A DNA stretch of 64,000 bases, from assembly GCA_004431415.1 (NCBI GenBank), contig QPMI01000117.1, forward strand, positions 310,001-374,000. Direction: 5' to 3'. The translations under genes and the position numbers were made by a program. The stretch is from Cyanophora paradoxa CCMP329 (lineage: Eukaryota; Plantae; Glaucophyta). The notes beneath the pieces were generated by a model. It did no database searches, was not told the origin of the DNA, and was given only the letters and a program-made list of their open reading frames with translations. The number at the start of each line of letters is the position of its first letter. Position 1 is the first letter of the stretch. Of the stretch, positions 24,201-38,043 are shown in pieces.

Positions 24201-27200
24201 TTGAGTGGCGAGGGGCGCCGGCAGTACGGCGAGTGAAGCGCTCGGCATCCAGCAGTCCGGCCGTGTGCCGATTCTCCGTGGCGTTTCAGGCTCACTCCGG
24301 GTGCGTCGACACGTAGAAACTCTATGGCCAGCGCCTGCACCTTTAAATCCGATGCTACCCTCCGTTCTCGCCCTTCGCCCCTCCCCCCCACGCCCGCCTC
24401 GTCTCCCCCTCTCATTTCCTACAGCCTCGTACGATGACGCTCATCCTCGGGCCTGCCCTTTCGGGAAAGGTTGGATTTTTCACTTCCATCCATTAATCCT
24501 TGTACTAATTTGTCTCTCGCAGTCCGCTCTGCTAAGAATTCTCGCCAAGCAACACGGCGAGCTCCGCCGGGCTGGCTTTTTGGACGGCAAGGTTTGGTCT
24601 CTTCATATAAACTTCTTGTTTCGTGCTTGAAGTCTATCTTCGGCTTTTAATAAGCTAAAACCATCAGGTGTATCTGGACGGGAAACCGGCAGCGTCTCGT
24701 CCGGACTTCAACCGTCGGGTCATCTTTGTTTCTCAGCTGGACTCGGTGCACTACCCGCAATTGACGGGTACGCTTCACGCTTCGTTCGCCTTTCTCGTAC
24801 GAGGCGCTAGCGCTCACTCTCCCGCTCAGTGGAAGAAACGCTCCGCTTTGCCGCGCGGATGAAGAGGCCGCACGGCAGCGAGCGCGACAGCGGCGACATC
24901 AGGAGTGCCGACGTTCGCGCGATGAATGCGGGGATGGCCATGCACTTAAGCCGGGTGAATCGCATCCTCATATGTATTTTAGTATACATCTGCTGTCGGC
25001 AAACCGCCTCATTTTTACTGATCGCGATGTTTCGGGCACAGGTAAAGGACTCGATTGTGGGCGACCAGGCCGTTCGAGGAATTTCGGGAGGGGAGAAGCG
25101 CCGACTGAGCGTCGCGGTGCAGCTGGCCGCGGTACGTCAGTAAGAGTTTCCTCTAGTAAAAGAGATCAGATTATAATGTCCAATTCCTAGTAAAAGTTTC
25201 AATAGTCGGACCAGAGAGAAGTCCTCTTGACCAGGCGCCGGCCTCGCAGGGCGCCTATTCCGTCATCCTGATGGACCAGCCCACGGATGGCGCGTCTCGC
25301 TTCGCTTCCGCTCAGAGAGAGTTCGATTCTTCCTTTTAATTCCTGGCTCATATATTGTGTGCAGGGCTGGACGCCTCCGCCTCGCTGGAGCTGTGCCGCG
25401 CGCTCCGGGAGCTCTCGTTGACGGGCGCCTCCGTCCTCTGCAGCCTCCTGCAGCCGTCCTGGTGCGCTCGAAATCGGGACCCTTGTTCTTCATTCGAATT
25501 CCGGCCATTCCTGAGTGTCGTCGACGCTGTCCTCGACCAGGGAGCTCTACGAGATGTTCGACCGGCTCATCCTCCTCTCCAACGGCGACTGTCTTTACAA
25601 CGTGCGCTTTGCTCTGAACCTCGACAGGACTTTGAACAAGCATCCGTTCCAACATGAACATCTGCTTCACAGGGTCCCGGGCGACTGGCCCCAGTCGAGC
25701 ACTTCGAGGCGCACGGGTTCACGAACGCCGAGGGGCTTAGCCCCCCCGATTTCCTGGTGTCTGTGGCCGCGAAAGTCGCGGCAGGCGGCGCGGCCGCCCA
25801 CGACCGCCTGCCGCTTCCGGCGTCTCTGCCGTCGGCTCCCAAAGCAGACCCTCCCGATCAAGCCGACATTTCCGACATTTCCGAGGTTCCGCGTGCGAGG
25901 GCGGAGGCCTTCTCAGCTCGGCGCTCACTTTTTCACAGAGCCGCATCGAGCTCAAGCGGCGGTATCCGAGGCCGTGGCACGCACAGGCAAGCTTAATTAT
26001 ATAAGCGAAGCGACCTTGAGCCATTGAGTCAACCGCGGCTGAGCTTGCGGGTCTGTTCGCGCAGATCAGAATCCTGTACGCGAGGTCAAACCAGCTGCTT
26101 TTCCGCAATCCGAAGCCCGCCGTCACGCGATTCGTCGAAACCGCCGTGATTTCGTTCGTCCTTGCCACGCTTTTCTGTAACGTGCGCAGTTCTTGCCGAT
26201 TTGCGTGTGGGCGATTGCCGCGCCTGACGCTCCCCTCCGCCTTGCAGACGCCGGCGACGATGCAGGGGGCCACGAATCGCATCGCCTTTTTCCAAGTCGG
26301 CCATGCTCTGCTTTTCAACGTGTGCTTCAGTTAGCGCTTCCCTGATCGTTGGCGTCGCTTCAGGCCTCCCTCCTGGTGTGGGCGTTCACCGCTTTGAATA
26401 AAATCGAGCCCAACTACGAGCACCGAAGGTGCGAGCGCGAGCTCGAGCCTGCTCTGATCTTCCCTCGGATTTGACTGATGGAGGATGGGAAGGGTGATGC
26501 ACAAGCAGGCGGAGGAGCGCATGTACCGACCCGACTTGGTGCGCCGCGATCGCGAGCGTGCGCAGCGCTCTGCGGCCCGAGCTAACCGACGTCGCAGTGG
26601 GTGATAGCTCACACGCTCTCGGAGATCCCGCGCCTTTTTTGCGAGGTGCCGTTTAATTTGCAGATCCCGTAGCTAGCTATAGGTTTTTAAAACCGTGTGC
26701 GCGACGCGGCCGCCAGGTTCTCCTCTTCTCTCTCATCGTCTACTTCGCCGTGGGCCTTCAGCCCGCCGGCTTCCGCTTCGGTCGATTCCTCCTCGTGATT
26801 TTTCAGGTCCGAGACGACTGCCAGTGTGTGCTTGCTTGCAACGCCATCGCTTATGATCACACGCGACTCCAGATGACGTTGATTGCCGACGCATCGATTC
26901 TGTGCGTTGCTTATAATTAGCCGTTGGACAGCCGTTGATACGTGCATATCTGACATTGGAGAATTTTGCAGATTTCTCTCGCTCTCATTGCCGCGCAAAG
27001 AGATGTGCTCCTCGCTGGCTCCAGTGGTTCCAGCTATCTTTTTTATTTTTGGTGGCTTTCTCGTGCCCAAGACCGCGCTGCCGTCTTGGTCAGTCCTCAT
27101 TTGCTGGCGGCGCTGCTGCCTAAACGTAAGCTGCTGCTGATAGTCTCGTTCAGGTGGGTCTGGGCGCGCTATCTGAGTTTCTATTCGTATCCGCTCGAGG

Positions 27201-30200
27201 CCCTGGCAATAAATGGTGAGCGTCAAGGCGATGCATGTGCAAACTTTTCGATCTGACACGAGCCCCGCCTGCACTTTTTCTCCCGCGGCCACCGCGGCCG
27301 ACAGAGCTTCTAGATATTCCCCTAAGCGATGTTCCGGGCGGGGGCACGGCGGTGCTGGAAGCGTTCGGGTTCCAGGCTTCTGCGGAGTGGTACGGGTACG
27401 CACACCTACCGCATCGTCTCGGCTTTGAATTCGAATCCGCGTCGGATTCGTTCGACGCCGCGCCGCAGGTACAACGTGCTCGTCTCCTTCGCCTACTGGA
27501 TTCTCTGGCTCGTCGCCTCGATCTTGGCGGCCCTCCACGTCCGGTCGAGGCGGCCGTTCTCCTCCGTTCCCGTGTCGACTTCGGAGCCGGCTGCAGCTAA
27601 CACTGCAGCCAGCCCCGGAGGCTCCAAGCGGTCGCTACCGGTATCCTCTAGATCTGCATCTGCGCTGGCGCCCACCATTCCCACTCGAACGGCTACTCGA
27701 AACAGCGAAGCGTCTGCTACCGCAGTGGATCCCTCCGTTCACGTTCACGTGTCCGTGGATGTGGACGTTCTCGGGCCGGCCCCCGTCTCGTCGGCCCTCA
27801 CTTTCGTCGATGTATCGTACTTTGTGCCTGGCGAGCACGAAGGTATATATATTCCGCCGCGTTCCGCTTGAACCGAGACGGCTCGAGCTTGAACGTTTAA
27901 TTTCACTTCCAGGAGAAACGAAGCGGCTCCTGGACAACGTGACGGGGGTCGTGGAGAGCGGGACGCTGACGGCGCTCATGGGCGAGTCCGGTTCGGGAAA
28001 GACGTGCGTATACATGAACCCCTTTGATTTGAATTTGAATTTCGCTGTTTTCAAAACTCTGCTTTGACGGTTGCGGCCGTGGCCATGCCAGCACCCTGCT
28101 GGATGTTCTTGCGAATCGGAAGACCACAGGAAAGGTGCGGTTTGATCTTTCTCTCGCTCGAAATTTGCTTTGATGCTGAAAGAAACCGACGACCAGGTTA
28201 CGGGCGAGATCAAGCTGAACGGGCGGCCCCGCGACGACAGCTTTAAGCGCGTCAGCGGCTACGTCGAGCAGGTGCGCGTCTCACTTCCGAGGCTTCGCAT
28301 CACCCGCCGAATCTAACGCGTGCGCTATCCCTTAGTTTGATCTGCTCTTCCCGACAATGGTATGCTCTTTGCGTAATTAGATGTAATTATAATGGATATT
28401 GGATGTAATCAGATAAGGGCTTAGGCCTCCGCGCTCGCTGACGGGCGCCGCCCAGACGGTGCGCGAGGCGGTCGTGCTGTCGGCCCTCCTGCGCCTGGAC
28501 GCTCGAACGCCCCGGGGGGACAAGATCGCCGCGGTCCGTACGCGTTGCCCTGCCGCGCCGCAGCAGCGCGGCTCCGCTGCGCGAGCCCATTTCATTTAAT
28601 TTCGGCGAGGCTGATCACGAGAGTCGCAGGCGGAGGGCGCACTAAGAGACCTCGACCTCGAGCCGAGCGGCCGCCTGGTCATCGGGACCCTGCAGGTGCA
28701 TCCGCTCAGCTCTAGATCTAGATCTAGGTCTCTGGTGGCCGCGGCCTCTGATGTTTGGTCCCAGGGCGGAGGCATTCCGGTCGAGGTCGGGCCGGGACTG
28801 CGCGTCCATCATAGACGGAGTTCGCCGGCTAAGTACACTGATCATGAGCGCGCGCGCAGATGCGAAAGCGGGTCTGCATCGCCATGGAGCTCGTCCCTCG
28901 ACCGGCCATCCTCTTCCTGGATGAGGTTCGACTCGCTTTTTAGAACAGAAATACAAACGCGTTCAGCTGTAGTACTAGTACTGACTGGGGCGACTTCTCT
29001 ACATTAAACAGCCGACCACCGGGCTGGACTCGACTGCCGCGCTCCGCATCGGACAGGTGGCCTGGAATCGGCGCTGAATTTGATCGCAGAGCACTAGCCC
29101 GCCCGCGTGAAGCCTGCAGCTGACTGCCCGTTGCTCGCAGCTTCTGCGGCGCATCGCCGGCGCCGGACAGGCCACTGTCGCCACGATGCAGTGCGCTTTT
29201 ATAGTTACCTTGTCTGCCCATGTCTGATCCCGATCTGCTGGACGCGCCCCGACCTGCTGTCTTGCTTCGCAGCCAGCCGTCCGGCCAGCTGTTCGGTCTC
29301 TTCGACCGGCTGATCCTACTCAGAAGCGGAGGCGTCCCCATCTACTCCGGTGCGTGCGCGAAGAAAGGATATATAGAAGCCTGGCGAATATATATGTAAT
29401 ATTAGTAGAAGCTCCCGGCTATTCGCGGCCGAATGTTGAAATCGCGACGTCGACTCGCCGCATGCAGGGGAGCTTGGACAGCGTGGCAGCGGATTCTTCG
29501 CGCACCTCGCGACCCTCGGTGCCGCCGGCGCTGCCGCCGTCCGGCCATGCATGGTCCGAAGCTTGTTGTAATTCCCGTGGCGCAGGATTCGAGCTCCCGC
29601 CCTTCAAGAACGCGGCGGACTGGGCCATCGAGATCGCGGGGGGGCGGGCCTTCGAGGCGGGCGCTGGCGCCGGCGCCGGTGCCGGCGCCGCCGCGGAGTG
29701 CGACGCGGACGTCGACGCCGTCGCTGCTTCTTTCCGCGAGGGTCCCCCAGGGCGCCGGCTCCGCGACCGCGTCGCGGCTCTGGACGCGCAGCGTGCGCCA
29801 GCCAGCGCTCCTTCCTTATAATCAAAAGCTTCGCCTTTTTGAAAAGACTGCGTTTCGCAGTGGTCTCCGCGGGGCCCGCCCCCGCGCCGGAACGGCCGCC
29901 GTTCGCCCGCCAGGCGCGCGCGGCCCGCGGCTTCTCGCCCTCGCTCTCCTGTTCGAGCCCTGGGCGTCCGGCCCGCTCAGGTCGCGATTCTCGCGGGGCG
30001 CAAGCTTCGCTGGCTCTGGCGCGAGCGCGAGACCCTCGCCGTCCGCGTCCTCAGGCCCGCGCGCTGTCCCCCATCCATCGACTCTGCCCGCTCCCACATT
30101 GCTGCTCTTGTTGAATACTGCCCCTCCGCAGCAACGTCCTTGTGGCCGTCATCGCCGGTACCGCGTGGTTCGCTTTCGAGGCCTTTAGATCTGGCCTTCG

Positions 30201-31850
30201 GATTCCGTGCCTCCGTGAGCGGCCGGTCACCAGGTACCAGCTGGGGGGGGACCAGCCCGGCGCCCGCCTCCGCCTCTCCGCCCTCTACGCCCTCACGCTC
30301 TACTTCTACTTCCGGTGTCTACTTTGCTTACTTACTTCCGGTTACTTCTGATTATGACCCGCGAAATTTCAGAGCCATGGCCGAGATCACGATGCACTGC
30401 GCCCTCCGTGAGGTCTACTACCGCGAGAAGAGCCAGGGTGAGCGAGCGAGGGGCGCGGGCCGCCCGGCTCGAGTTCGCGGGCTCTGCAGGCAGCTGACGC
30501 CGCGTGCCAGGGATCGTCTCCCCTCTCGTTCAGCAGGTCGCCGCCCTAGATCTACGATCCGGCCTTCGATATCGAAACGTATTAATCGGCCGTCGCGCAG
30601 GTGTCCGACTTCGCGATCAACGCCTCGTTCGCCCTCGCCAACACGGTCCTCTTCTGCGTCATCATGTACCCCCTCGTCGGCTTCCAGCTCTCAGGGTGCG
30701 GAGTATTAAACAATCGCCCTCTAGCTCTCTACCGATAAAAATGATCTGCTGCGTTCACACCTCGCGATCGCCTAAACCTTCTTCGAATTCTGATCTGCTG
30801 CGTTCCACTCCGCCTGATCATGAATGAATTCAGGAACCTGGCGTACGCCCTTCTGGTCTGCTGCGCGTGGACGCTCGCCTGCTCCTCCTTCACGGAGCTC
30901 CTCGCCCTCGCCCTCCCCGTGCGCTTCGCCACTCACCCTCGCCGTCTCGAGCCCGCCCTCACCGCCCCCCACGGCAGATCGCCCCCATGGCGATGTCGGT
31001 GGCGAGCGGCGCCCTCGCCCTCGGCGCCTTCTTCACAGGCTTCATGGTGCGTGAACGCGCGCCCCAAAGAACAATCTGAGAATAATCGAAGCCCCGTCGC
31101 CGTCGTTGCTCGGCGCCTTCGCCGTCTCCGTTCGCCTGAGCGGGCGCGGCGCGCGGCGCCTGCGCAGATGCCGGGGCCCGACATGCCCAGGGCCTACGTC
31201 TGGCTCTACTACCTCCTCTGGTTCCGGTGCGCTACGAATCGCATGTTGATTTTTTCGAATCGCATTAGAGATTTAATTTAGATCTGAGACTAAACCTGGT
31301 CTCGCTCTCGAAATCACGAGTTCGGATCCGGAGCCGGTCTGATCGACGCCCGGCCGCACCGCCAGGTACCCCTTCGAGGGCCTCGCGGCGAGCGAGCTGA
31401 GCGGGCTCGTCTTCTCCGACTGCCCCCCCGCGTGCGCCGGCGTCGCCGAATTGACATCGTGTTCTAGATCTCAAGCCTACAGCTGATAATAATCAAGAGG
31501 GTCGTTCTAGATCTGAAGCCTAATTATATATTACCAAATTCGTTCGAGCTGATCATGAAGGCCCGCGCTCTCCGTGTTTCTCTGATGCTGCCGCAGCCTG
31601 GCCGCCGCCGGGGCCTGCTTCCCCGACGGCGCCGCCCTCCTCGCACGCTACGACCTCCGCCCCGACCGCCAGGTTCGACCCCCGACGGATCGAATTATGT
31701 GGGCGCCAAAATGAACGTCGAGCATGCCTCACGCTCGGCCCCTTTTCATTTGTTCAGTGGGCGAACGTCGGGATCCTGGCGGGGTACTGGCTTGCCTTCG
31801 AGGCGCTCAAGGGCCTCGCCCTGCACCGCATCAACCACCTCCGCCGCTGA
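21230..31850 (+). CDS. Patatin-like phospholipase fused to full-size PDR/ABCG transporter (many exons)
   Basis: Patatin motifs: ILAIDGGG.RG, FDYVAGSSIGG, ATSAAP, FIDG, NNP, LNLGTG. NBD1: GPALSGKS, GISGGEKRR, LMDQPTDGLD. NBD2: GESGSGKT, FLDEPTTGLD. Ends INHLRR-stop at 31850. Confidence 0.85.
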
Positions 31851-32126
31851 CTTTGCTAGTACCAACCGATTATGTATCCCAAATCATTGAATCTTGCAAA
31901 CCTTAATGATTACTCTTTCTCGACTTCGCACGCCTTTTTCTATGGCCAGCCTCGGCCGCCACTCCTCGCCCCTCTTTCCCACGCCCCCTCCCCCCCTCCC
32001 CCTCTCCTCCCCGCCCCCTCTCCCCTGCCCCCGCCCCCTTCCCCTCCCCTCCCCCCGCCCCCCCGCCCCCTTCGCCCCTCCCCTTGCTCCCCCTTCGGTC
32101 GAAAATTCAAGCGAAAATTTGGAGAC

Positions 32127-32965
32127 ATGGAGCGCGGGCGCGATGTCTTCTGCTGCGGCGCACTGGCGCCCTACAAGCCGCAGCGGATCGATCACGAAGC
32201 GAAGTTCGACTCGTTCATGCGCTGGCAGGTCTGAATTCGAATATGCCGCAGTGCCGCCCAGCGGTTGATCGGCATGCGCATATATATGCCGCGCACGCCG
32301 CGCACATTCAGGGGCAGAAAAGCACCAGGCGCTCGTCGCTGGCGGGGGCGGATTTCGTAATCCAAGCCGTGAAGCAGGTGCGCATGCCCTGCGCGGCGCA
32401 TGCAGTGGGGCCGCGCTTGCTCCGCGGCTTGCAATTGGCCTGCTGCCAGGCGGCCGCTGCAGCTGTATATGCAATAATGAGCGCGGCGCATCGCAGAAGA
32501 ATTTCGGGCGGCTCCTTTTCAAGCGCTACTTCCTCCATGAAGGTACGCCCCGTACGCGTTCGCAGCTGCATGCGCCCTCGTTTCGCTCTCTCTAGATCCG
32601 CCCCTCGACGTCGACCGTCGGACTGCAGGCGACGCGTTCCGGGAGGTAACGGAGCGCGACCTCATCCAGTGCAACTACGCAAAGGTCCGCGGCACTGGCA
32701 CCTTCCAGGCCTCTGAGGCTGCGCATGCTCGAGCTCACATTTCTTCTTTCAACAGGTCAACACTTTCAAGAACTTCAAGTGCGCTCCATGCGACTTTTTC
32801 TACGAGCTGAATCTGTACGAGCGCGACCCCGTGAACAAGTGCATGCACCTAATTCTCATTCAAATAAAAAATCACACGCAGCTTAAAACTGATTTCTAAC
32901 GCAGACACCACTTGCGCGCTGACGTTGCGCGTCCCGCAAGCGATATCGATCTGCCGTTCTCTTGA
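32127..32965 (+). CDS. Hypothetical protein, ~6 short exons (MERGRDVFCCG...DIDLPFS)
   Basis: Consistent GT-AG exon chain giving a coherent small protein; no family recognised. Confidence 0.6.
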
Positions 32966-34463
32966 ATCCTCCTCCAAACGTTATTTAACGTTGAGCCGTC
33001 CTAGCTTTAGCCGGACTCCCGCAAACCGCCGACTATACTACAAGCAAACACACGCGCTGCTGGCTTGCCTCGCTCGTGCCTCGGGTCGACGTCGTGGACT
33101 GCATGGACTGGGAAGAGGGAGGACTCCGGGAGGGAGTGGGGGCAGCAGGCTGGGGGCCCGGGGAGGGTGTAGGGGAGGGTGGGGGGCGGGGGTGCGGGGT
33201 GGGCTTGGGGGTTGGGGACGTCGACGGGTAGAAGGGACGGGGTCGGAGGGGGGAGGGAGGGGGGGGGAGGTGTGTGAAGGGGGGGGGGGGGGCGGGGGGA
33301 GGAGCCCGACTGCGCCCACCCCCTCACGGGCTTCGTCACCCTAGGCCTGCCAGGCCACGCAGATCGCGGCCGCCGCGCCCCCCGCCTGATGCGGCCTGGT
33401 GATCGGCGCAGCCTGGTCCGTCCACGCGCGCTACACGCCCCCGCTGCCGGGCAGCGGGGGGGCGGCCCACATCTGGGCGCTCTTTGCTCGCTCAACCTGG
33501 TCACGTGTGCTCGTCGACCTTGCCCGCACGACATACGCCGCGCGCGGGCTCCTCTACAACAATCGACCCTCGTCGTTTGTGACCCCGCCGAGCTCTTTTT
33601 TTAGGGCCGCAGCGTGGGAAGCCCCGCTCGACGGCGCCGCGGCCGTTCCGCTGCCGCGAGCCCGCCCGTGCCAGCCGCGCGCTGAGCCTCTAGATCTGGA
33701 CCGAGGCACGCTTTGTGGCATCCTTCACACTCGAACGCAACGGCAACCGTTGAACAGCGGCGCGCGGCCCGCTCCTATCCCACGACCCCGACTTCGAAGA
33801 CGCCAGCGACGTCGACGCCTCCGCCGCCGACGGGGACGCCTGAACAGCGAGCCGACGCCTACAGGGCCCTCACGAGCCCCCTCTCCTGCTTCCCCCCCTT
33901 CCCCTGTGCATCTTGCCCCCTTCCGTTCAACCTAAAAGCGCCAACGACGTCGACCGCCTTGTAAATACCCCCTGCTTTTATCCACGTCGATCCCTCGAAA
34001 TCGGACTTTCTCCCCGCACCTCCGACATCTTCCCCGGCCCGCACCTTGTATCACAACAACTAGTACTACCTCCGCATGCGCATGCCCACCCCTGTCGCCC
34101 CCCAGCGGGCTTATTATAATTATACACTGGGCAGGCGTGACTCGAATACATGATATATATGCCCCCCGGTGGCTGTCCCCCCAAAACGGTACACGTCTAG
34201 GAAAGCAGATAAGCTTTCTCCAAGAAAAACTTGGGCAGTTATATTAAAAAAATTGCAATTGGAGACCGTCGGACAGCTCTTGCGGACTCGGGACTCCGGG
34301 CCCGGCGGGGAGGCCTCGAGCGCGAGCGGCTTGCCTTTTGAAACTCTGCGACGAGCGCCCAGCTGCAGTCAGAGTCGGCGATGGCTCGGATCCGGAAAAT
34401 TTCGCGTGACACGCGCACCGCATACATATGGCTCTGCCCGAGAATCGGAGCTTGGAGAGAGCT

Positions 34464-35323
34464 CTAGGCAGAGACCTCCGGGGCCCCGCACTCCAGAAGC
34501 TGCGGCGCGCGCGCGGGCCTCGATTCAGCGCGCCGCGACGTCGACGATTGCGCAGGGGGCCCGGGGGTGAAGGCGAGCGGGCGGACCACCGCGGCGGCCT
34601 CGAACTCGGCCTCCAGCCCAGCCTCGTCCATATCCGCCTCAAGCTCGGCTTCGTCGGCACTCACAATCTGCGGGCGCGCGCGGATCCGGAGGCGGGCGGT
34701 CGGGGGGCGGCCTGCACGCCCACAGCCGCAGCACGTGCGCATGCGCGCACCTGAGCGTCCGAGTCGAGCTCCGCCCACTCGGTGTTCTGGGGCCAGTACC
34801 AGTTGCAATCTTTGTCCTTATTGAAGTTGAGCCCGAGCGAGCATCTGGCCTTGTTGAGCTGCTCGGCGCCCGAGTAGGTGTCGTCGTCGGTGCGATCGAT
34901 TTCTCGGCAAATACCCCCGTCGCTTTCGACGGACTGCCAAGCACCGTACACGCCAACGAGCACATTGCACTTAGCTTCCGCTTGATCGAGGTTGTGCGCT
35001 TGAATTGAGAAGCCGAGGTTGTCGCCTGTCGTCCCATGCGTGCGTGAGACACATTACGAAGGAGCGAACCTGGCGTTGCCAAGTTGCACGCGCGCGTACG
35101 TACTTGTGCAGTCGGAATTGCTGTGGCACGTGTAAACGTCTACGGGATTTTTCCAGTCTGAAATACTGATTCTAGGCATCTTGGCCGACGGCTGCGCGCT
35201 GATGAACTTCGGAAGTTCGAAGGGACTGCGAGCGGGAGCGCTAGTTGCGCACTGCGGCAGCTGCTGGTCGAAGCACTGACCGGCGTGTGACCGCGGCGCT
35301 AGCCGCTCTCCAGTCGTCTCCAC
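34464..35323 (-). CDS. Fragment of Cys-containing, probably extracellular protein; 5' part missing at the TE cluster
   Basis: Exon-like segments (YTCHSNSDC; GGICREI...CSLGLNFNKDKDCNWYWP) separated by short introns. Confidence 0.4.
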
Positions 35324-36457
35324 TAGGCTACTATTAATGAATCATTGAATACCGGTATCAGTGCGCTCTCCAATTGCAACTACTAGTACAAGACTCTGAG
35401 AAGGCTCGAGTCCTAGCCTCCTACTAGGCTACTAGGCCTCCCGGAGTCCTAGCTATTGGCCTCGAGCCTCGCTCGAGCGCCGCGGCGTGCAGCCTGGCAG
35501 TGCGGCCAGTGCCGTGCACGTGCCGCAGACGTCGACTGGCCCAGCCTGGGCAGGCCCCAGAGGCCCCCAGTGGCCCGCAGTTTGAATTCCCGACCCCGAC
35601 CGAGTCGCCACGGCGCCCGATAAATATTCGGGTTTGAATTCCCGATCGCGAATCGACATCCCGAATGATGGGCCGAATCCCGAAGGCGGAAAATTGCTGA
35701 GGCGACAAATTGCCGAATTCGCCCCAAATTAACCGGATCCGGAATTGCCGTGGCGATAACTTTAGTAACTTAGTAAATTGCAATTGCCGAATCCAGCTTC
35801 TGCTCTATGGCGGGCTATGAAAATACCTACCCCCAGCAACATTGCCGAGTCGTTACATTGCCGAATTCAGCGTCTCGGCAATTTGCGGCAATTTAAAGAC
35901 CCGGCAAAATTCCGACCGTCGGAGTCGGTCGGACCCCCGGGGCCCGGGGGGCCGGGGCCCGGGGGGCCCGGTGACCCGGTCCCCGGTGACCGGTCCCGCC
36001 CGGAACGCCGCGGCCGGGAACGGTCCGACGGTCCGCGCGGACCGCGCCGCCGGCGCCGCCGCCCGCTTCGAATTCGGGGCCATTTCGGGCCGGCGGCGGC
36101 CCGGCCGGGCCGGCCTCAGGCCGCGGCCCGCGACTCCGGGCCGCGACTCCCGCGACTCCCGGGGCCGCGAGTCAGGCGGCCTGCGCGGCAGGCTGCGCCG
36201 CAGCCTGCGCCGCGCGCCCGGCCGCGGCGGCCTGCGCCGCCGCCGGGCGCCGGCGCCGCGCGCCGCGGCGCCGCCGGCCGCCGCCGCCGCCGCTGCCCGC
36301 CCGCGGCCGGCCCCGAATATTTCAATGATTTTTAAATCGGGATCCCGGGATTCCCGGCCCGGATTCCCGCCCAATTTCCCGGCCCGGGTTCAATCCGATC
36401 CCCCGATTTGAAGCGGCCGGCGCCCGGCCGCGGGCGTGGTCTTGGTACCAAGTTCTA

Positions 36458-36726
36458 CCGTAAAACACGATAATATGACGGTCAAACTTGAAATTTATGT
36501 CGTTATAAACACCGACCCTTCTCTATGCGAAATATGACATCCCCAAATTACGTCGGCACGAAATTTTCAGGCTTGTATAGGGCGGAAAATTTGGGGGGGT
36601 AGCACTAAGCACGCCCTACTATGTCGCCCGGGACTCGCCCCCAAATTATGTCATCATGTCAAGTTTTCGGCGACATAATTTGGGGACGACATAATAAAGT
36701 GCAGACCTTAATATTCTGTTTTACGG
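36458..36726. mobile_element. MITE, TA target duplication (Tc1/mariner-type)
   Basis: TA-CCGTAAAACA...TGTTTTACGG-TA. Internal sequence is homologous to the element at 39620-43968. Confidence 0.85.
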
Positions 36727-37316
36727 TACCAACTCTTTCCTAGTTTTTACTTTCATACTCACCCCTGATTACGATTGGGCCCTCGAACCGGGATCTTCGG
36801 CTACTAGTACGTTTAAGTACCACTCTTAAAAACACGCTATAGGTCCGAGGAGTCTCTGTTCTAAAATTTTTCATCTATGTACCCCCTCAAACGGGGTCTT
36901 AGTACCAACTCTTTCCAAGTTTTTCTTTCCAAGGTCCCAGACTCCCAGAGTCCCAGTCGACGACTCGACGTCCAGCCTGTCAGTGATGGGCACTTTATTA
37001 ATAAGTACTTATAAAAGTTTATTAATAACGTATTAATAATACGTTATTAGTAAGGTCCCGGAACAGCCATTCTTATTAATAACGTTTATTTGTTTGGGGG
37101 GGTACCTACACACACACCATTTCTTGCACTCTTTGACGAATCTGTGCATGCTAGAGCGATATAAAGCAGTTCGTTACACGTCATAAGCAGTTCTGCAGCT
37201 TGATATGATGCTCATAAGCTGATCAGACGGCAGCTCCAGACCATCCAGTACCCCCTAGGTGGCACATTGACCCTTTTATTCGACCCCCAACAGATATAGA
37301 GGGCACTCGCAAAAGT

Positions 37317-37369
37317 CCTACTCCCGGAGTCCTGGACAGGCTGAGCCTGTCCAGGACTCCGGGAGTAGG
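37317..37369. repeat. Perfect 26-bp-arm palindrome
   Basis: CCTACTCCCGGAGTCCTGGACAGGCT-G-AGCCTGTCCAGGACTCCGGGAGTAGG. Confidence 0.9.
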
Positions 37370-38043
37370 GGTCCGGCCGGCCAATGAAAATTAAACTCGG
37401 CATTATGCCATAGTCAAAGTCGCAAAAGTCGGCATTATGCCAATGATAATGCCATGACCATGCCGGCATGGCTAGCCGCCAAGCCGCCGGCATACCTGCC
37501 GGCATGAAGGCATGCGCATAGCCTGGTCCCTGGCCCCCGGCATGAAGGCATGCACCCTGCGCATGCATGCCCGCTCATCTCTAGATCTAGATCTGCAGCG
37601 ACGTCGACCGCGGCCGGCTGCCGCCGCCGCGCTGCGACGCGTGCTGCTGCGCATGCTACGCGTACGTGCGGCGTGCGCTGCGCATGCAGGCACTGCATGC
37701 GGCAGCTGCCTGGCAGCAGGCCTAGGCCGCATGCGCAGGCGCCGCGCCGCGCCGTGCAGGGGGGGCGTGCACTTGCCGGCGCGTGCCGGCGCGTGTCGGC
37801 GCGTACGCGTGCCGCTATGCTCGAGCTCCCCCAGGTGGGGGGGGCCGGCATGCATATGGGGGGGGGGGGCATACCGGCCGGGCAGGCCGGCATGACGGCT
37901 CTGGTTAGAGTCCGGCAGAGCCGGCGGCCGGCATGACAAGCCAAAAGCCGGCATAATGGCATGAGGGTCCAAGCCAAAGCATGACGGCCGCGGCCGGCCG
38001 GCATGGCCCATGATGGCCGGCGGCCGGACGTCGACCGGACCCC
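37368..38043. mobile_element. Putative MITE with GGCAT(G/T)-rich subterminal repeats
   Basis: TA-GGGGTCCGG...CCGGACCCC-TA with many GGCATG/GGCATTATG motifs near both ends. Confidence 0.55.

Noticed and set aside
33340-33720. Coding-like fragment (possible retroelement remnant)
   Set aside because: No start, splice chain or recognisable motif.
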